From the NCBI GenBank assembly GCA_035360515.1, contig DAOSAY010000009.1, forward strand, positions 7,674 to 71,673: DNA of 64,000 nt, in the 5' to 3' direction. The first letter of the stretch is position 1. Every line of letters begins with the position of its first letter. Both the position numbers and the translations under genes were made by a program. This DNA is from Bacteroidales bacterium (GTDB lineage: Bacteria > Bacteroidota > Bacteroidia > Bacteroidales > VadinHA17). The notes beneath the pieces are model-generated. The model was not told the DNA's origin. It saw only the letters and a program-made list of their open reading frames with translations, and did no database searches. Of this stretch, positions 36,504 to 46,113 are shown piece by piece.

Positions 36504-37349
36504 TTAATATTCCCAAAGGTCATGTTCAAAATTGAAAATCTCCATTTTAATTCTTTCAGCTTCGAACATTGCATCTTTGCCGGTAGTATATGATGTTATT
36601 GTACGGTCGTTGAACACATTGGACTCGGCATAGATATAGCTTCCGAATCTTCTGTACATGAAGAGGTCGTCATATGATAACCTTTGTGAGTCGTTAAACG
36701 GATTGAAAACCTCTTTTTTGGCAAGTATATCCCTTAGTTCATCGTATCGCAGCCAGCAGACAGGCGTTCTAACGGTTCTTCCGGTTGCTTCGTCAAGCCT
36801 TATATGTATTGGGCATATACCAATAATTCTTACGTCGAGTTTTGAATGTTTTTTATCGAAGAACCACTGTTCATAGATAAGAAGTTGTTTAACGTCAGCA
36901 GGATTTGCTTTTTGCTGGATTACAGTATCTTTCAGCATCTGTGTGTTGATGTCCTGAATCTGGGTATTTATTAGCCTGGCACCCATTTTTTCTTCAATAT
37001 CGGCATAAGTAAGGCTCACCGGCGTGGAGTCAGGCACAATTGTCCAGTCATAGGCATTAATCCTGCCAGCCTTTATTTCATCAAGAATTATATTAATAAA
37101 ACTTTTCCTTCCGTCAGGAGTTGTTTCAGTAGGGAAATAGAGCGGATGGTTGATTCTTTCCCTGAGGTCTATGACCCTGTAAATGTATTTCGACCAGAAC
37201 ACATCAGCTTCCCTTAGGAAAGGGTAGTTTATTTTCGGATTGTCAGGAATAGATTTCTGATAAATGTCTTTGAAGGTCTGGGCATTTACCAGTGAGCTGA
37301 ATATTACAGCCAGAAATCCGCAAATAATCATTCGCTTCATTGCACTCAT
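36504..37349 (-). CDS. gldN: T9SS/gliding protein GldN (PorN)
   Basis: Signal peptide, ~280 aa, last gene of the conserved K-L-M-N order. [14 protein letters not shown] and WLRYDELR segments fit GldN as recalled. Confidence 0.85.
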   Translation of the reverse strand: MSAMKRMIICGFLAVIFSSLVNAQTFKDIYQKSIPDNPKINYPFLREADVFWSKYIYRVIDLRERINHPLYFPTETTPDGRKSFINIILDEIKAGRINAYDWTIVPDSTPVSLTYADIEEKMGARLINTQIQDINTQMLKDTVIQQKANPADVKQLLIYEQWFFDKKHSKLDVRIIGICPIHIRLDEATGRTVRTPVCWLRYDELRDILAKKEVFNPFNDSQRLSYDDLFMYRRFGSYIYAESNVFNDRTITSYTTGKDAMFEAERIKMEIFNFEHDLWEY

Positions 37350-37369
37350 ATGTTAAGTCTGTTAGGTTT

Positions 37370-39028
37370 CTAATTTACAGTAATAATTATAGGTGAAAGG
37401 TCTTGTGGCCTGTTATCAGGTCCAACTGCTTTTATATTTTCTATATATAATTTTTTGCCGCGCGTAAGTGAGTTAAGGATCTGTCTCTGTTCGGGAGTTA
37501 TACGGTTGCTTTTGCTATCCCTGTAAATATCAAATCCCTTTTCATTATAAGTCATTCTGAACTCGGTAACATTATATCTGAGGTCGAAATCGAACCCTTC
37601 AAGATCTGCAAACACTGCCTGTTGTGCCAGTATAATATCCTTGCTAAGTGATGCGTTACCGGTAACATTGGCGAATTTTGCCACAGGTTTCGGTATAGCC
37701 TTAACTCTGAATTCCATAGGAGCAAAAGACTGGATTTTCCCGCTTATTTCGGCTGATACAATGATTTGGGCATTCTGGCCTACGACTTCGGGGCGAGCGA
37801 TCCATTCACCCGGGAAGAATTCACCTCTTGAATTTTTGGTACGGCCTCTTGCAATGGTTCCGTTTTTCATTGTTGCCCTGATTTTGTCAGAACCGACCCC
37901 TGGTACAGAGATATCAATAGGGTTGTCAATATTTGCATACAGCACATTCATTGCGGTTGGAGAGATAACAACGTTAGGAGCGCCAACTGAATAAGATTCT
38001 TTAAACGGATATGAAACAAGAGTACCATCAGGGGCTTTTATTGTTATCAAACCTCCCCATGTTTTCTGACCAATGCTTGTTGCTCTTACTCTGTAAATTC
38101 CTTTGCCCGATTGATCGATAGGGAGGGTTACGTAATTTCCTACCATCTCATATTTTACTGAACCGTCTGCGGCTGTTGTAGTTCTGTATTCGCCAACGGT
38201 TATACTGGGAGTCTGTGTTGTATCAACAGCGGTGAGAAATACTTCTGCAGTATAATCATTTCCCTGCATTACATATGTTGAAGAAGGTTTAACAGTGGCT
38301 ACCAGTTTATTGAATTTGTACGAACGTGCCTCAATCTGTTCATAGAGGTAATTGAGCAGGTCGGTTTCAGCATTTCTGACATCCACCTGCATTTTTGACA
38401 GGATACAGATTACTGCTACAACAGGGAGGGTCTGGAAGTTATCATTTACCCAGGGTACTTTTTCACCTTCCTTTGTCGTAACGTCGTCGGTATTAAAAAT
38501 GTTTCTTAATGATTCTTCCAGGTTTGGATTTTTACCTTCAAGCACGTCTCTGATCATGTCTTCCCTGTAGGAATCGATAAGTGCTTTAAGGTCGTTTCCT
38601 TTTCCTGCCTCATGGGCTCCGATTAGAACTTCAGAAGGGACATCTCTCTGGTCGATTTTTTTAACTTCGTCGATTATTATTTCTCTTCCGACGACTGCAG
38701 GCGTATCATCTCCTTCGGTTTTCTTAATGATTTCTATTTTGAGATCCTGTATATAATCGAAGAGTTCGTCGGATCTCTGTTTTACCATATATGCCTTATC
38801 TCGTGCAGGTCCTGCTTTGACAGGATTTTGTGCAGCGGCCCTGTCGAATGCTTCGTAAATGGTGCTGTTCTTTGCGGCATAGTTTTGGATTGTCTTTGAC
38901 AGACCTTTGTCAACATTTTTAAATGCTTCCACGGCCTCTTTTGATACGTTCAGAGCCAGCATAGCAGTTAGAACCAGGTACATCATCCCGATCATTTTTT
39001 GCCGTGGAGACAGCTTCTCATGAGCCAT
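37370..39028 (-). CDS. gldM: T9SS/gliding motor-associated protein GldM (PorM)
   Basis: N-terminal KMIGMMYLVLTAMLALNVS single TM typical of GldM, 552 aa, positioned between gldL and gldN. Confidence 0.9.
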   Translation of the reverse strand: MAHEKLSPRQKMIGMMYLVLTAMLALNVSKEAVEAFKNVDKGLSKTIQNYAAKNSTIYEAFDRAAAQNPVKAGPARDKAYMVKQRSDELFDYIQDLKIEIIKKTEGDDTPAVVGREIIIDEVKKIDQRDVPSEVLIGAHEAGKGNDLKALIDSYREDMIRDVLEGKNPNLEESLRNIFNTDDVTTKEGEKVPWVNDNFQTLPVVAVICILSKMQVDVRNAETDLLNYLYEQIEARSYKFNKLVATVKPSSTYVMQGNDYTAEVFLTAVDTTQTPSITVGEYRTTTAADGSVKYEMVGNYVTLPIDQSGKGIYRVRATSIGQKTWGGLITIKAPDGTLVSYPFKESYSVGAPNVVISPTAMNVLYANIDNPIDISVPGVGSDKIRATMKNGTIARGRTKNSRGEFFPGEWIARPEVVGQNAQIIVSAEISGKIQSFAPMEFRVKAIPKPVAKFANVTGNASLSKDIILAQQAVFADLEGFDFDLRYNVTEFRMTYNEKGFDIYRDSKSNRITPEQRQILNSLTRGKKLYIENIKAVGPDNRPQDLSPIIITVN

Positions 39029-39070
39029 TTTTCTGCAGTTTTAATTTGTTGAATAAAAAACTATGTCACG

Positions 39071-39955
39071 TTATTTCACATTCATGGTAGCAAGCATATT
39101 CCCATAAACGTTATTCAGGGCTGATAGATTTTCGTTCAGTTTAGAAATCTGTTCGCGGTATTTTTTAGTGTCATCAGCTGTATCAGCTAGATTTTTAAGA
39201 AGATTCTGAATTCCCTTATAAATGTTCTCGGATTCTTTTACATGCTCGGTTGCGCCTTTGAGCTGAAGTTCATATGCGGCGTTAAGAGCAGAAAGATTCT
39301 TGTTAAGGGTTTCAAGCTGCTGCTGGTATGATTTTCCTCCCATTTCGATAACCGACAATGATTCGGCTATGTTTTTATAGTTCAGGCCAGTCTCATTGAT
39401 AATTTTAGCCGTATTCTCGTAGGATTCATGAAGCTTGCCGAGTGATTCATCTGCGGCTTTAATAGTTTGAACATATTTTTCAGATGCTGCTGAAACATCC
39501 AGCATGGCATTCATATTGGCAGTTGCTTCTCCGATTTTTTTGAGTCCCAGACCGAGGTTCTGGAACAGTTCAGGAGTAATTTCTGCCTTTTCGAGCATTT
39601 CGTCGAATTTTGCCAGTGCTGCAGATCCGGCTCCGCCGCCTCCAACAAGGCCTTTTCTCTGGAAGTATGGATCATGCATTTTTCCACCAACAGGAACTTC
39701 TTCTCCTTCTTCAGGAATTCCGGCCAGTTCAGGGTAAACAAGTGACCAGTCAACCTCTTCACGTAGAGGCTCGAAAGCCGAGAAGAAGAAGATAATAGCC
39801 TCGGTACAAAGCCCTACGGTAAGCATTGTACCTGCAAATGGCCAGTGCTGGATTTTAAAAAGAGCACCAATGATTACTACGGAAGCACCCAAACCATAAA
39901 GTTTAGCAATGAAGTTCTTCCATCCGCTGCTTTGAACTAATTCTGCTAGGCTCAT
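39071..39955 (-). CDS. gldL: T9SS/gliding motor protein GldL (PorL)
   Basis: Two N-terminal TM helices followed by FSAFEPLREEVDWSLVYPEL, then a coiled-coil-like C-terminal region. Confidence 0.9.
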   Translation of the reverse strand: MSLAELVQSSGWKNFIAKLYGLGASVVIIGALFKIQHWPFAGTMLTVGLCTEAIIFFFSAFEPLREEVDWSLVYPELAGIPEEGEEVPVGGKMHDPYFQRKGLVGGGGAGSAALAKFDEMLEKAEITPELFQNLGLGLKKIGEATANMNAMLDVSAASEKYVQTIKAADESLGKLHESYENTAKIINETGLNYKNIAESLSVIEMGGKSYQQQLETLNKNLSALNAAYELQLKGATEHVKESENIYKGIQNLLKNLADTADDTKKYREQISKLNENLSALNNVYGNMLATMNVK

Positions 39956-39991
39956 ATACCTGATTTTTATTTGTTAATAAAGATAATTATT

Positions 39992-41335
39992 TTATTTTAC
40001 TCCAATATATGATCTTACATTTCTGAAACCTATATATGGTTTTGTTGAATCCTGATATTCATAATCTCTTGAGCTTGTCTGCAGGAAGTATGCAATATCC
40101 TTCCATGAACCACCTCTTATAACCTTGCGTTTCATAACCGGTGGATCCTGTGGTCTTGCATTGTATTCATAGTTAGGATTGAGGTCGTGGGTGAAGACAT
40201 ATGATACAGGATGATATGCAGTGGATGTCCATTCGGAGACATTTCCTGCCATATCGTAAAGGCCATATTCGTTGGGTTCATATGATCCAACCTTTGCCGG
40301 GTATACTGAACCATCGTCGATGTAGTTTCCTCTAAGTGGTTTAAAGTTTGCAAGGAAGCATCCCTGATAGTTACGTGTATAGGGTCCACCCCATGGGTAC
40401 ATGGAAAGATCGAGTCCGCCTCTTGCTGCATATTCCCATTCTCCTTCAGTGGGAAGCCTGTATGCCTGGACATCGGGTATACCTCTTTTCCTGAGGAATG
40501 AATTCATATAGTCTGTTCTCCAGATGCTAAATGCTCTTGCCTGAACCCACGATACCCCTACAACAGGATAGTCGTCGAATGACCGATGCCAGAAATAAAT
40601 AGAAGCCTGGGGATCATTGAATGAGTAGGTGAAGTCCCTTATCCAGCACAGAGTGTCGGGATAAACATTTATAATGTCGTGAATGATAAAAGCTGAACGG
40701 TCGTTTACAGGAGTGCGTACTCCTTCAAGATTGTATGCTTCACCTACATATTTTCCGGTTCCGGCTTTATAATCCTGAATATAAGGTACCTGGGCAGCCT
40801 GTTTATAGTCAACAAAATAGTATGAATAATTAAGTTTTCTTGTATCTATTTCTTTTCTGCCATTGAATCTTTCCTGTGGCGGATAATACATCTCTTCGCG
40901 TATTGCAAGAGTCTGTTCGTCGCGTAAGTCTATTTTTTCATCCCAGTTGAGAGTTTTGGGCTCAAGTACGTTCCCTTCCTTGTCTGTCATGTAATACTCA
41001 CGTCCCTCTATACCTGCCTCGGCCAGTTTGGTTCTGAAAATAGAATCACGGACGTAATAAACAAACTGGCGGTACTTATTATTGGTAATTTCTGTCTGGT
41101 CCATCCAGAAAGCTTCCACTGTAATAGTTTTTGACATGGTGTTCATTACATGGAAAGCATCCTCATCACTCGGGCCCATAACAAAACTTCCCGCAGGGAT
41201 GAATGCCATCTGGTAAGGTTCCGGCTCAAAGAATTTTTTCCTTCCGGGAACACCTGTAAGCTCTCCGGTCATTGACGGACCACAGCTATTTAGCAGAATA
41301 ATCAGGATCAGAGCAAAGAAAATCACCTTTTTCAT
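39992..41335 (-). CDS. gldK: T9SS/gliding lipoprotein GldK (PorK), FGE-sulfatase fold
   Basis: Lipobox LLNSC, and SUMF1/FGE-like motifs (EGEWEYAARGG, RVIRGGSW, GFR). Confidence 0.9.
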   Translation of the reverse strand: MKKVIFFALILIILLNSCGPSMTGELTGVPGRKKFFEPEPYQMAFIPAGSFVMGPSDEDAFHVMNTMSKTITVEAFWMDQTEITNNKYRQFVYYVRDSIFRTKLAEAGIEGREYYMTDKEGNVLEPKTLNWDEKIDLRDEQTLAIREEMYYPPQERFNGRKEIDTRKLNYSYYFVDYKQAAQVPYIQDYKAGTGKYVGEAYNLEGVRTPVNDRSAFIIHDIINVYPDTLCWIRDFTYSFNDPQASIYFWHRSFDDYPVVGVSWVQARAFSIWRTDYMNSFLRKRGIPDVQAYRLPTEGEWEYAARGGLDLSMYPWGGPYTRNYQGCFLANFKPLRGNYIDDGSVYPAKVGSYEPNEYGLYDMAGNVSEWTSTAYHPVSYVFTHDLNPNYEYNARPQDPPVMKRKVIRGGSWKDIAYFLQTSSRDYEYQDSTKPYIGFRNVRSYIGVK

Positions 41336-41381
41336 AATTCAATATGATTTTAGATGCAAGTAAGTAATTTTTTATTAATAA

Positions 41382-42326
41382 TCATAAAAATCTTACACTT
41401 TTATATTTCATGGGACTTTTGCCCAGGCTTATATCAAAGCAGTAATTAACCATAAATTCATGAGAACCACTTGAACTTTTGCGGATGTCAGACAGGATAA
41501 AATCATATGAATATCCTATCCGAATTCCGTTGTAAAGTTCAATTCCGACAATACCTGTCAGTGCATCACCGGCTCTGTAAGAAACGCCGCCCCATACTTT
41601 TTTATTGTATCTGAGCATGGAGTTTATTGTAAATTGTACCAGATGTCCATCACTAAATACAAATACCGATGGGATAAGTTCATATGACGGATTGCCGAGA
41701 TTCAGACTGTATCCAGCCGTAGCATAGTAATGCCTGCTAAGGTATGGTTCGCCCTTTGAAAATTTTATTTTAGGTTCATTTATGTGAGTTATGGATATTC
41801 CGGCATAATATTTTTCTGTCGAATAATATGCTCCCACTCCTGCATCGAAAGCAATATGGCTCTCCTTATTTTCAGGAATAAGAGGATCTCCCGAAACTGG
41901 CGTATGTGCATCACTTTCAGGTATTTGCCATGAAGGATTCAGAGTCTTGTTCATCATTCCCAGTGATATCCCCACTCCAAGCTTACCATTTCCTAATTCA
42001 AAGTGATATGAATATGAGCCTGAAAGTTTAATATCTGAATCAAAACCAGTTTTGTCGTTCATTATTACCATTCCGATGCCACTTTCTGAACCGAAAAGTC
42101 TGACCGGTGCATTTACGCTAAATCCTGTTGTTGATGGGGCACCTTTGAAACCAAGCCATTGCTGCCTTGAGGTGGCAGTCATGCAAACCATCCCCGAAAT
42201 ACCAGCCGAACCAGGATTAAAAAAATGAAAATTATACATATATTGACTGTATACAGGATCCTGCTGGGAAAATGACCTGCCCGCCAGTATAAGAGCAAAA
42301 ATAAACAATATCCCGTACTTTTTCAT
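41382..42326 (-). CDS. porP: PorP/SprF-family T9SS outer-membrane protein
   Basis: Signal peptide then SQQDPVYSQYMYNFHFFNPGSAG, the family N-terminal motif. Beta-barrel-like remainder, lying directly upstream of gldK. The start is set at ATG 42326 (MKKYGILF). Confidence 0.85.
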   Translation of the reverse strand: MKKYGILFIFALILAGRSFSQQDPVYSQYMYNFHFFNPGSAGISGMVCMTATSRQQWLGFKGAPSTTGFSVNAPVRLFGSESGIGMVIMNDKTGFDSDIKLSGSYSYHFELGNGKLGVGISLGMMNKTLNPSWQIPESDAHTPVSGDPLIPENKESHIAFDAGVGAYYSTEKYYAGISITHINEPKIKFSKGEPYLSRHYYATAGYSLNLGNPSYELIPSVFVFSDGHLVQFTINSMLRYNKKVWGGVSYRAGDALTGIVGIELYNGIRIGYSYDFILSDIRKSSSGSHEFMVNYCFDISLGKSPMKYKSVRFL

Positions 42327-42388
42327 TCTTTTAACCTGATGCCTCAAAATCTAAATCAGTAAAATTAAATAAAAATATGAATAGCTGA

Positions 42389-42396
42389 CAAATATA
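42389..42396 (-). promoter_or_regulatory. -7 promoter box (TATATTTG) for the porP-gldKLMN operon
   Basis: Exact TAnnTTTG on the minus strand, 62 nt upstream of ATG 42326. Confidence 0.35.
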
Positions 42397-42500
42397 AAAA
42401 TATTTATTTTTTGTTGTAATGCGATTATTTTGATAAGAGTAATAATAATTAGTGATGAACGTCAAAAAATTATGGATGAACGGATAAAATTAACATTTTT

Positions 42501-43673
42501 TTATTTAGATAATCTTTCAATTGCTTTGATCCATCTTTGAGGTATCTCGTTATGATTTGCCTGTACATAATCTTCGTAAGAGCATGCGACATATTTTGTC
42601 TCTCCCTTATCCGTATTTATTTCTATCCACCAGCGCTCTGTAAGGTTGCTTTTAATGAAAATTAGTTCTTCTTCAGTTCCACTGATGTGTACATGGTATC
42701 TTGTGAATTGTCCTGTATTGTGCTTTGCAAGGGATGGGGTTTCAATTTGTTTCTGGCAAAAGCCCTCAAGAAAGAACCACAGGATCTGGGCGGCAAGGCC
42801 AGAGGTCTGAGAACCTTTATCAAGATCGGGATTGACTTCAAAAACCCCAAAAACCTTAATTTTGTCGGAAATACCTGCATACCTTGCAATAAGACATATT
42901 TCTTCACCATAGAATCCATTGGGTGAAGGTAAGATTGTACCAGGAGCGTCTGATTGACGCACTGATGAAATATCAATTACTATAGCATCTGAATCTCTAA
43001 GAAATGGTTCTGTAAGATGAATGGCATCTCTTACATCTCCAAGTCTCATCAGGTCAGCTTTTCTTCTTATTAATCTGTTTATTACCTGCTGATCGTTTAG
43101 ATAAGTCTGATAGCCAATGTTTATCAGATTTATTAATGTACTTTTACTATTATATAAAATATTGTTCAGATAGCTGAATGAGTCTGTTTCTTTTTTTTCA
43201 GGTTGAAAATCGATTCGGGAATCAATTGAGGTGAGAGTATAAGGATGCCTGAGCTTTGAAAAAGAGCTGTCGATTGCCGTAATCAGTGAACTGTTGCCTC
43301 CGATAATAACCGGGAGAATTTTTAATTCAATAAGGGAACTAATTATTTCTGAAAGACCGGAAACAGTGTCGGAAAAATTTGTGCCTCTTTTCATGTTTCC
43401 GAGGTCTATAATTTTCAGTTTGCCTGGAATCCTGGCCAGCATGTAAAGAGATCGCCTTATTGCTTCAGGACCCTTCTGGCATCCGTTATTTACAGAACTA
43501 CGCTCCTCAGGAACACCGATAAAAGCGATCCTGTATTTTTCAATACCGGTGATAGGATTATTATCGGTATGAATTGTAATATTGTGGGAAAAACTGGAAG
43601 CCCCTGATATAAATTCATAATCAGGTTTTTCAATGCATACAGGATCAAAATAGTCATTAAGATTGATTATCAT
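42501..43673 (-). CDS. Arginase/formiminoglutamase-fold protein with degenerate metal-binding motifs
   Basis: Collinear with the ureohydrolase motifs, but IIGGNSS replaces GGDHS, IDSRID replaces DAHxD, and IDISSVRQSDAPGT replaces SxDxDxxDP..APGT. ATGA overlap with topA. Confidence 0.7.
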   Translation of the reverse strand: MIINLNDYFDPVCIEKPDYEFISGASSFSHNITIHTDNNPITGIEKYRIAFIGVPEERSSVNNGCQKGPEAIRRSLYMLARIPGKLKIIDLGNMKRGTNFSDTVSGLSEIISSLIELKILPVIIGGNSSLITAIDSSFSKLRHPYTLTSIDSRIDFQPEKKETDSFSYLNNILYNSKSTLINLINIGYQTYLNDQQVINRLIRRKADLMRLGDVRDAIHLTEPFLRDSDAIVIDISSVRQSDAPGTILPSPNGFYGEEICLIARYAGISDKIKVFGVFEVNPDLDKGSQTSGLAAQILWFFLEGFCQKQIETPSLAKHNTGQFTRYHVHISGTEEELIFIKSNLTERWWIEINTDKGETKYVACSYEDYVQANHNEIPQRWIKAIERLSK

Positions 43674-45976
43674 TTTCCCGACTTTTGTTTTTTCTCAATA
43701 ATGTTCATGCATTCTTCCTGTGTAAGGTCCTCAGCATTTGTTCCTTTTGGAATTCTGTAATTTTCGCCCCTGTAATTAATATATGCTCCATATCTACCGT
43801 TGATTATTTTTATTTCTCCAAACTCCTTTATTACTTTTTGTTTATCAGCTTCATCTTTTTCTTTTATTATTTCAATTGCCCGTTCAAGTGTAATAAGGTA
43901 GGGGTCGTCAATATTCTTCAGAGAATAAAATTTATTTCTGTACCTAATATAAGGTCCAAACCTGCCTGTTCCTACAACCACCTCATCGCCTTCCCAGTTT
44001 CCCAGGGATCTTGGCAGGGAGAAAAGCTTCATTGCTTCTTCGAGTGTTATGGTTTCCATAAGCTGGTTTTTCTGAAGGCTTGCAAATCGGGGTTTATCGC
44101 CTTTTTCAGGATGTACTGCCTGAACAACAGGCCCGTATTTTCCCATTTTCACGGAAATAGTTTCACCTGTTTCGGGGTGAGTTCCGAGTATTCTGGTTCC
44201 GGTGGTTTTGTTCTTTTTCTCAAGAGTATTCTCCACGGTTTTATGGAAAGGGCCGTAAAAATTCTCGAGCATTTTATTCCATGCAAGTTTTCCCGCTGCA
44301 ATTTTGTCGAACTGTTCTTCAACTTCAGCAGTGAAATTATAATCTACGATTTCGGAAAAATTTTCCATTAGAAAATCATTGACAATCATCCCTATGTCTT
44401 TAGGGAAAAGTTTTGATTTTTCTTTTCCGAAGATTTCGGTTTTTGTTGATTTGGTGATATTTCCTGCAGAGAGCTCCAGAACTGTTATTTTTCTTTTTTC
44501 TCCCGGCCTGTTTTCACGTGCAACATATCCTCTCTGCTGAATAGTTGAGATGATAGGAGCATATGTTGAAGGGCGTCCTATTCCCAGCTCTTCGAGTTTT
44601 TTTACAAGGCTTGCTTCGGTATACCGGGGCGGCGGAGTAGTATATTTTTCGATTGCGGTAATTCTGTCATAGAAAAGTAACATACCTGGTTTAACTGATG
44701 GCAGTATTGCCTTTTCGTCTTCACCACCCTCGGTGTCCTGTGATTCGGAATAAACTTTCAGGAATCCGTCGAAAAGTATTACTTCTCCCGTTGCATTGAA
44801 AAGAACCGGTGAATTGTTCATTTCAATGGCAATGTTTGTTTTTTCTGTCTGGGCATCAGCCATCTGGGAGGCGATAGTTCGTTTCCAGATGAGTTCATAC
44901 AATCGTTTTTCAGCCTGAGTTCCTGATATTGTGGATTTTTCCGGGTAGGTTGGCCTTATTGCTTCGTGTGCTTCCTGGGCTCCTTTCGATGTTGTTTTGT
45001 ACTGTCTTACTTTTGAATATTTTTCACCGTATTCATTTACAATTACCTCACGGATTTTTGCAAGTGCCATTCGTGAAAGGTTTGTTGAATCGGTTCGCAT
45101 GTATGTGATCTTTCCTTCCTCATAAAGTTTCTGTGCTATTGCCATGGTCTGGGAAACGGAGAAGCCGAGCTTACGGTAGGCCTCCTGCTGGAGGGTGGAA
45201 GTAATAAACGGAGGCGCAGGAGAACGGGTACCGGGTTTTACGATTACATTTTTAACAGTAAATACAGCTTCCCTGCAAAGCTCAAGAAATTTTACAGCTT
45301 CATCTTCATCATGAAATTTTGTGATGGCTTCAGCCTTCAGAGGAGGTTCTTCAACTAATAAATTGTCAGAAGATTTATCTTTATTGAAAATGCCTGTTAT
45401 TCTGAATGAAGATTCAGGCTTGAAGTTAATTATTTCCCTTTCTCTTTCAACTATCAGACGTACAGCCACCGATTGAACACGGCCTGCAGAGAGAGCAGGC
45501 TGAACTTTCCTCCAGAGAACCGGTGAGATTTCAAAACCCACAAGACGGTCAAGAATTCTTCTCGCCTGCTGGGCATTTACAAGGTTCATATCAACAGTTC
45601 GGGGAGACTTTATCGCCTCTTCAATGGCACTTTTGGTGATTTCATGAAAAACTATCCTTCTGGTTTTCTGTGGGTCGAGATTTAGCACTTCAACAAGATG
45701 CCAGGCTATAGCTTCACCTTCACGGTCTTCATCGGAGGCGATCCAGATAGTTTTGGCTTCTGAAGCTGCTTTGCGGAGCTCGTTAACTACCTTAATTTTA
45801 TCTTTTGGTATTTCGTAATCAGGTATAAACCCTCCCTTTATATCAATTCCGAGGTTCTTTTTTGTCAGATCTCTGATATGTCCGAAACTTGAAACAACCC
45901 TGAAATCCTTTCCAAGGAACTTCTCAATTGTTTTTGCCTTTGCCGGAGATTCAACGATTACAAGGTTTTCAATCAT
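43670..45976 (-). CDS. topA: DNA topoisomerase I
   Basis: Toprim VIVESPAKAKTI and SDEDREGE, an active-site Tyr region KITYMRTDST, and a C-terminal repeat region. The start is set at ATG 45976. Confidence 0.95.
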   Translation of the reverse strand: MIENLVIVESPAKAKTIEKFLGKDFRVVSSFGHIRDLTKKNLGIDIKGGFIPDYEIPKDKIKVVNELRKAASEAKTIWIASDEDREGEAIAWHLVEVLNLDPQKTRRIVFHEITKSAIEEAIKSPRTVDMNLVNAQQARRILDRLVGFEISPVLWRKVQPALSAGRVQSVAVRLIVEREREIINFKPESSFRITGIFNKDKSSDNLLVEEPPLKAEAITKFHDEDEAVKFLELCREAVFTVKNVIVKPGTRSPAPPFITSTLQQEAYRKLGFSVSQTMAIAQKLYEEGKITYMRTDSTNLSRMALAKIREVIVNEYGEKYSKVRQYKTTSKGAQEAHEAIRPTYPEKSTISGTQAEKRLYELIWKRTIASQMADAQTEKTNIAIEMNNSPVLFNATGEVILFDGFLKVYSESQDTEGGEDEKAILPSVKPGMLLFYDRITAIEKYTTPPPRYTEASLVKKLEELGIGRPSTYAPIISTIQQRGYVARENRPGEKRKITVLELSAGNITKSTKTEIFGKEKSKLFPKDIGMIVNDFLMENFSEIVDYNFTAEVEEQFDKIAAGKLAWNKMLENFYGPFHKTVENTLEKKNKTTGTRILGTHPETGETISVKMGKYGPVVQAVHPEKGDKPRFASLQKNQLMETITLEEAMKLFSLPRSLGNWEGDEVVVGTGRFGPYIRYRNKFYSLKNIDDPYLITLERAIEIIKEKDEADKQKVIKEFGEIKIINGRYGAYINYRGENYRIPKGTNAEDLTQEECMNIIEKKQKSGK

Positions 45977-46082
45977 GGATGACACGGTTTGACTCTATTT
46001 AAAATCTGACAAAGTAAATCATTTCAAAATCAATCTTCAAATCACTCGGCTATATTATTATTAATTTTTATATTATAATTAC

Positions 46083-46090
46083 TATTTTTG
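46083..46090 (+). promoter_or_regulatory. -7 promoter box (TATTTTTG) for the PBP1A gene
   Basis: Exact TAnnTTTG, 23 nt upstream of ATG 46114. Confidence 0.4.
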
Positions 46091-46113
46091 GCAACGATTT
46101 TCAGGGTCAGGTG

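Noticed and set aside
39504-39795. Cluster of short ORFs and a locally GC-rich patch inside gldL
   Set aside because: The patch encodes the Gly/Ala-rich linker of GldL (LVGGGGAGSAALAKF). The extra ORFs are alternative-frame or antisense shadows.
40132-40473. 113-aa same-strand ORF within gldK
   Set aside because: It is an out-of-frame overlap with the well-supported FGE-domain region of GldK and has no independent signal.
43685-44371. 228-aa ORF on the plus strand
   Set aside because: It is entirely antisense to the strongly supported topA CDS. The product is low-complexity and Phe/Ile-rich, typical of the mirror frame of an AT-rich gene.
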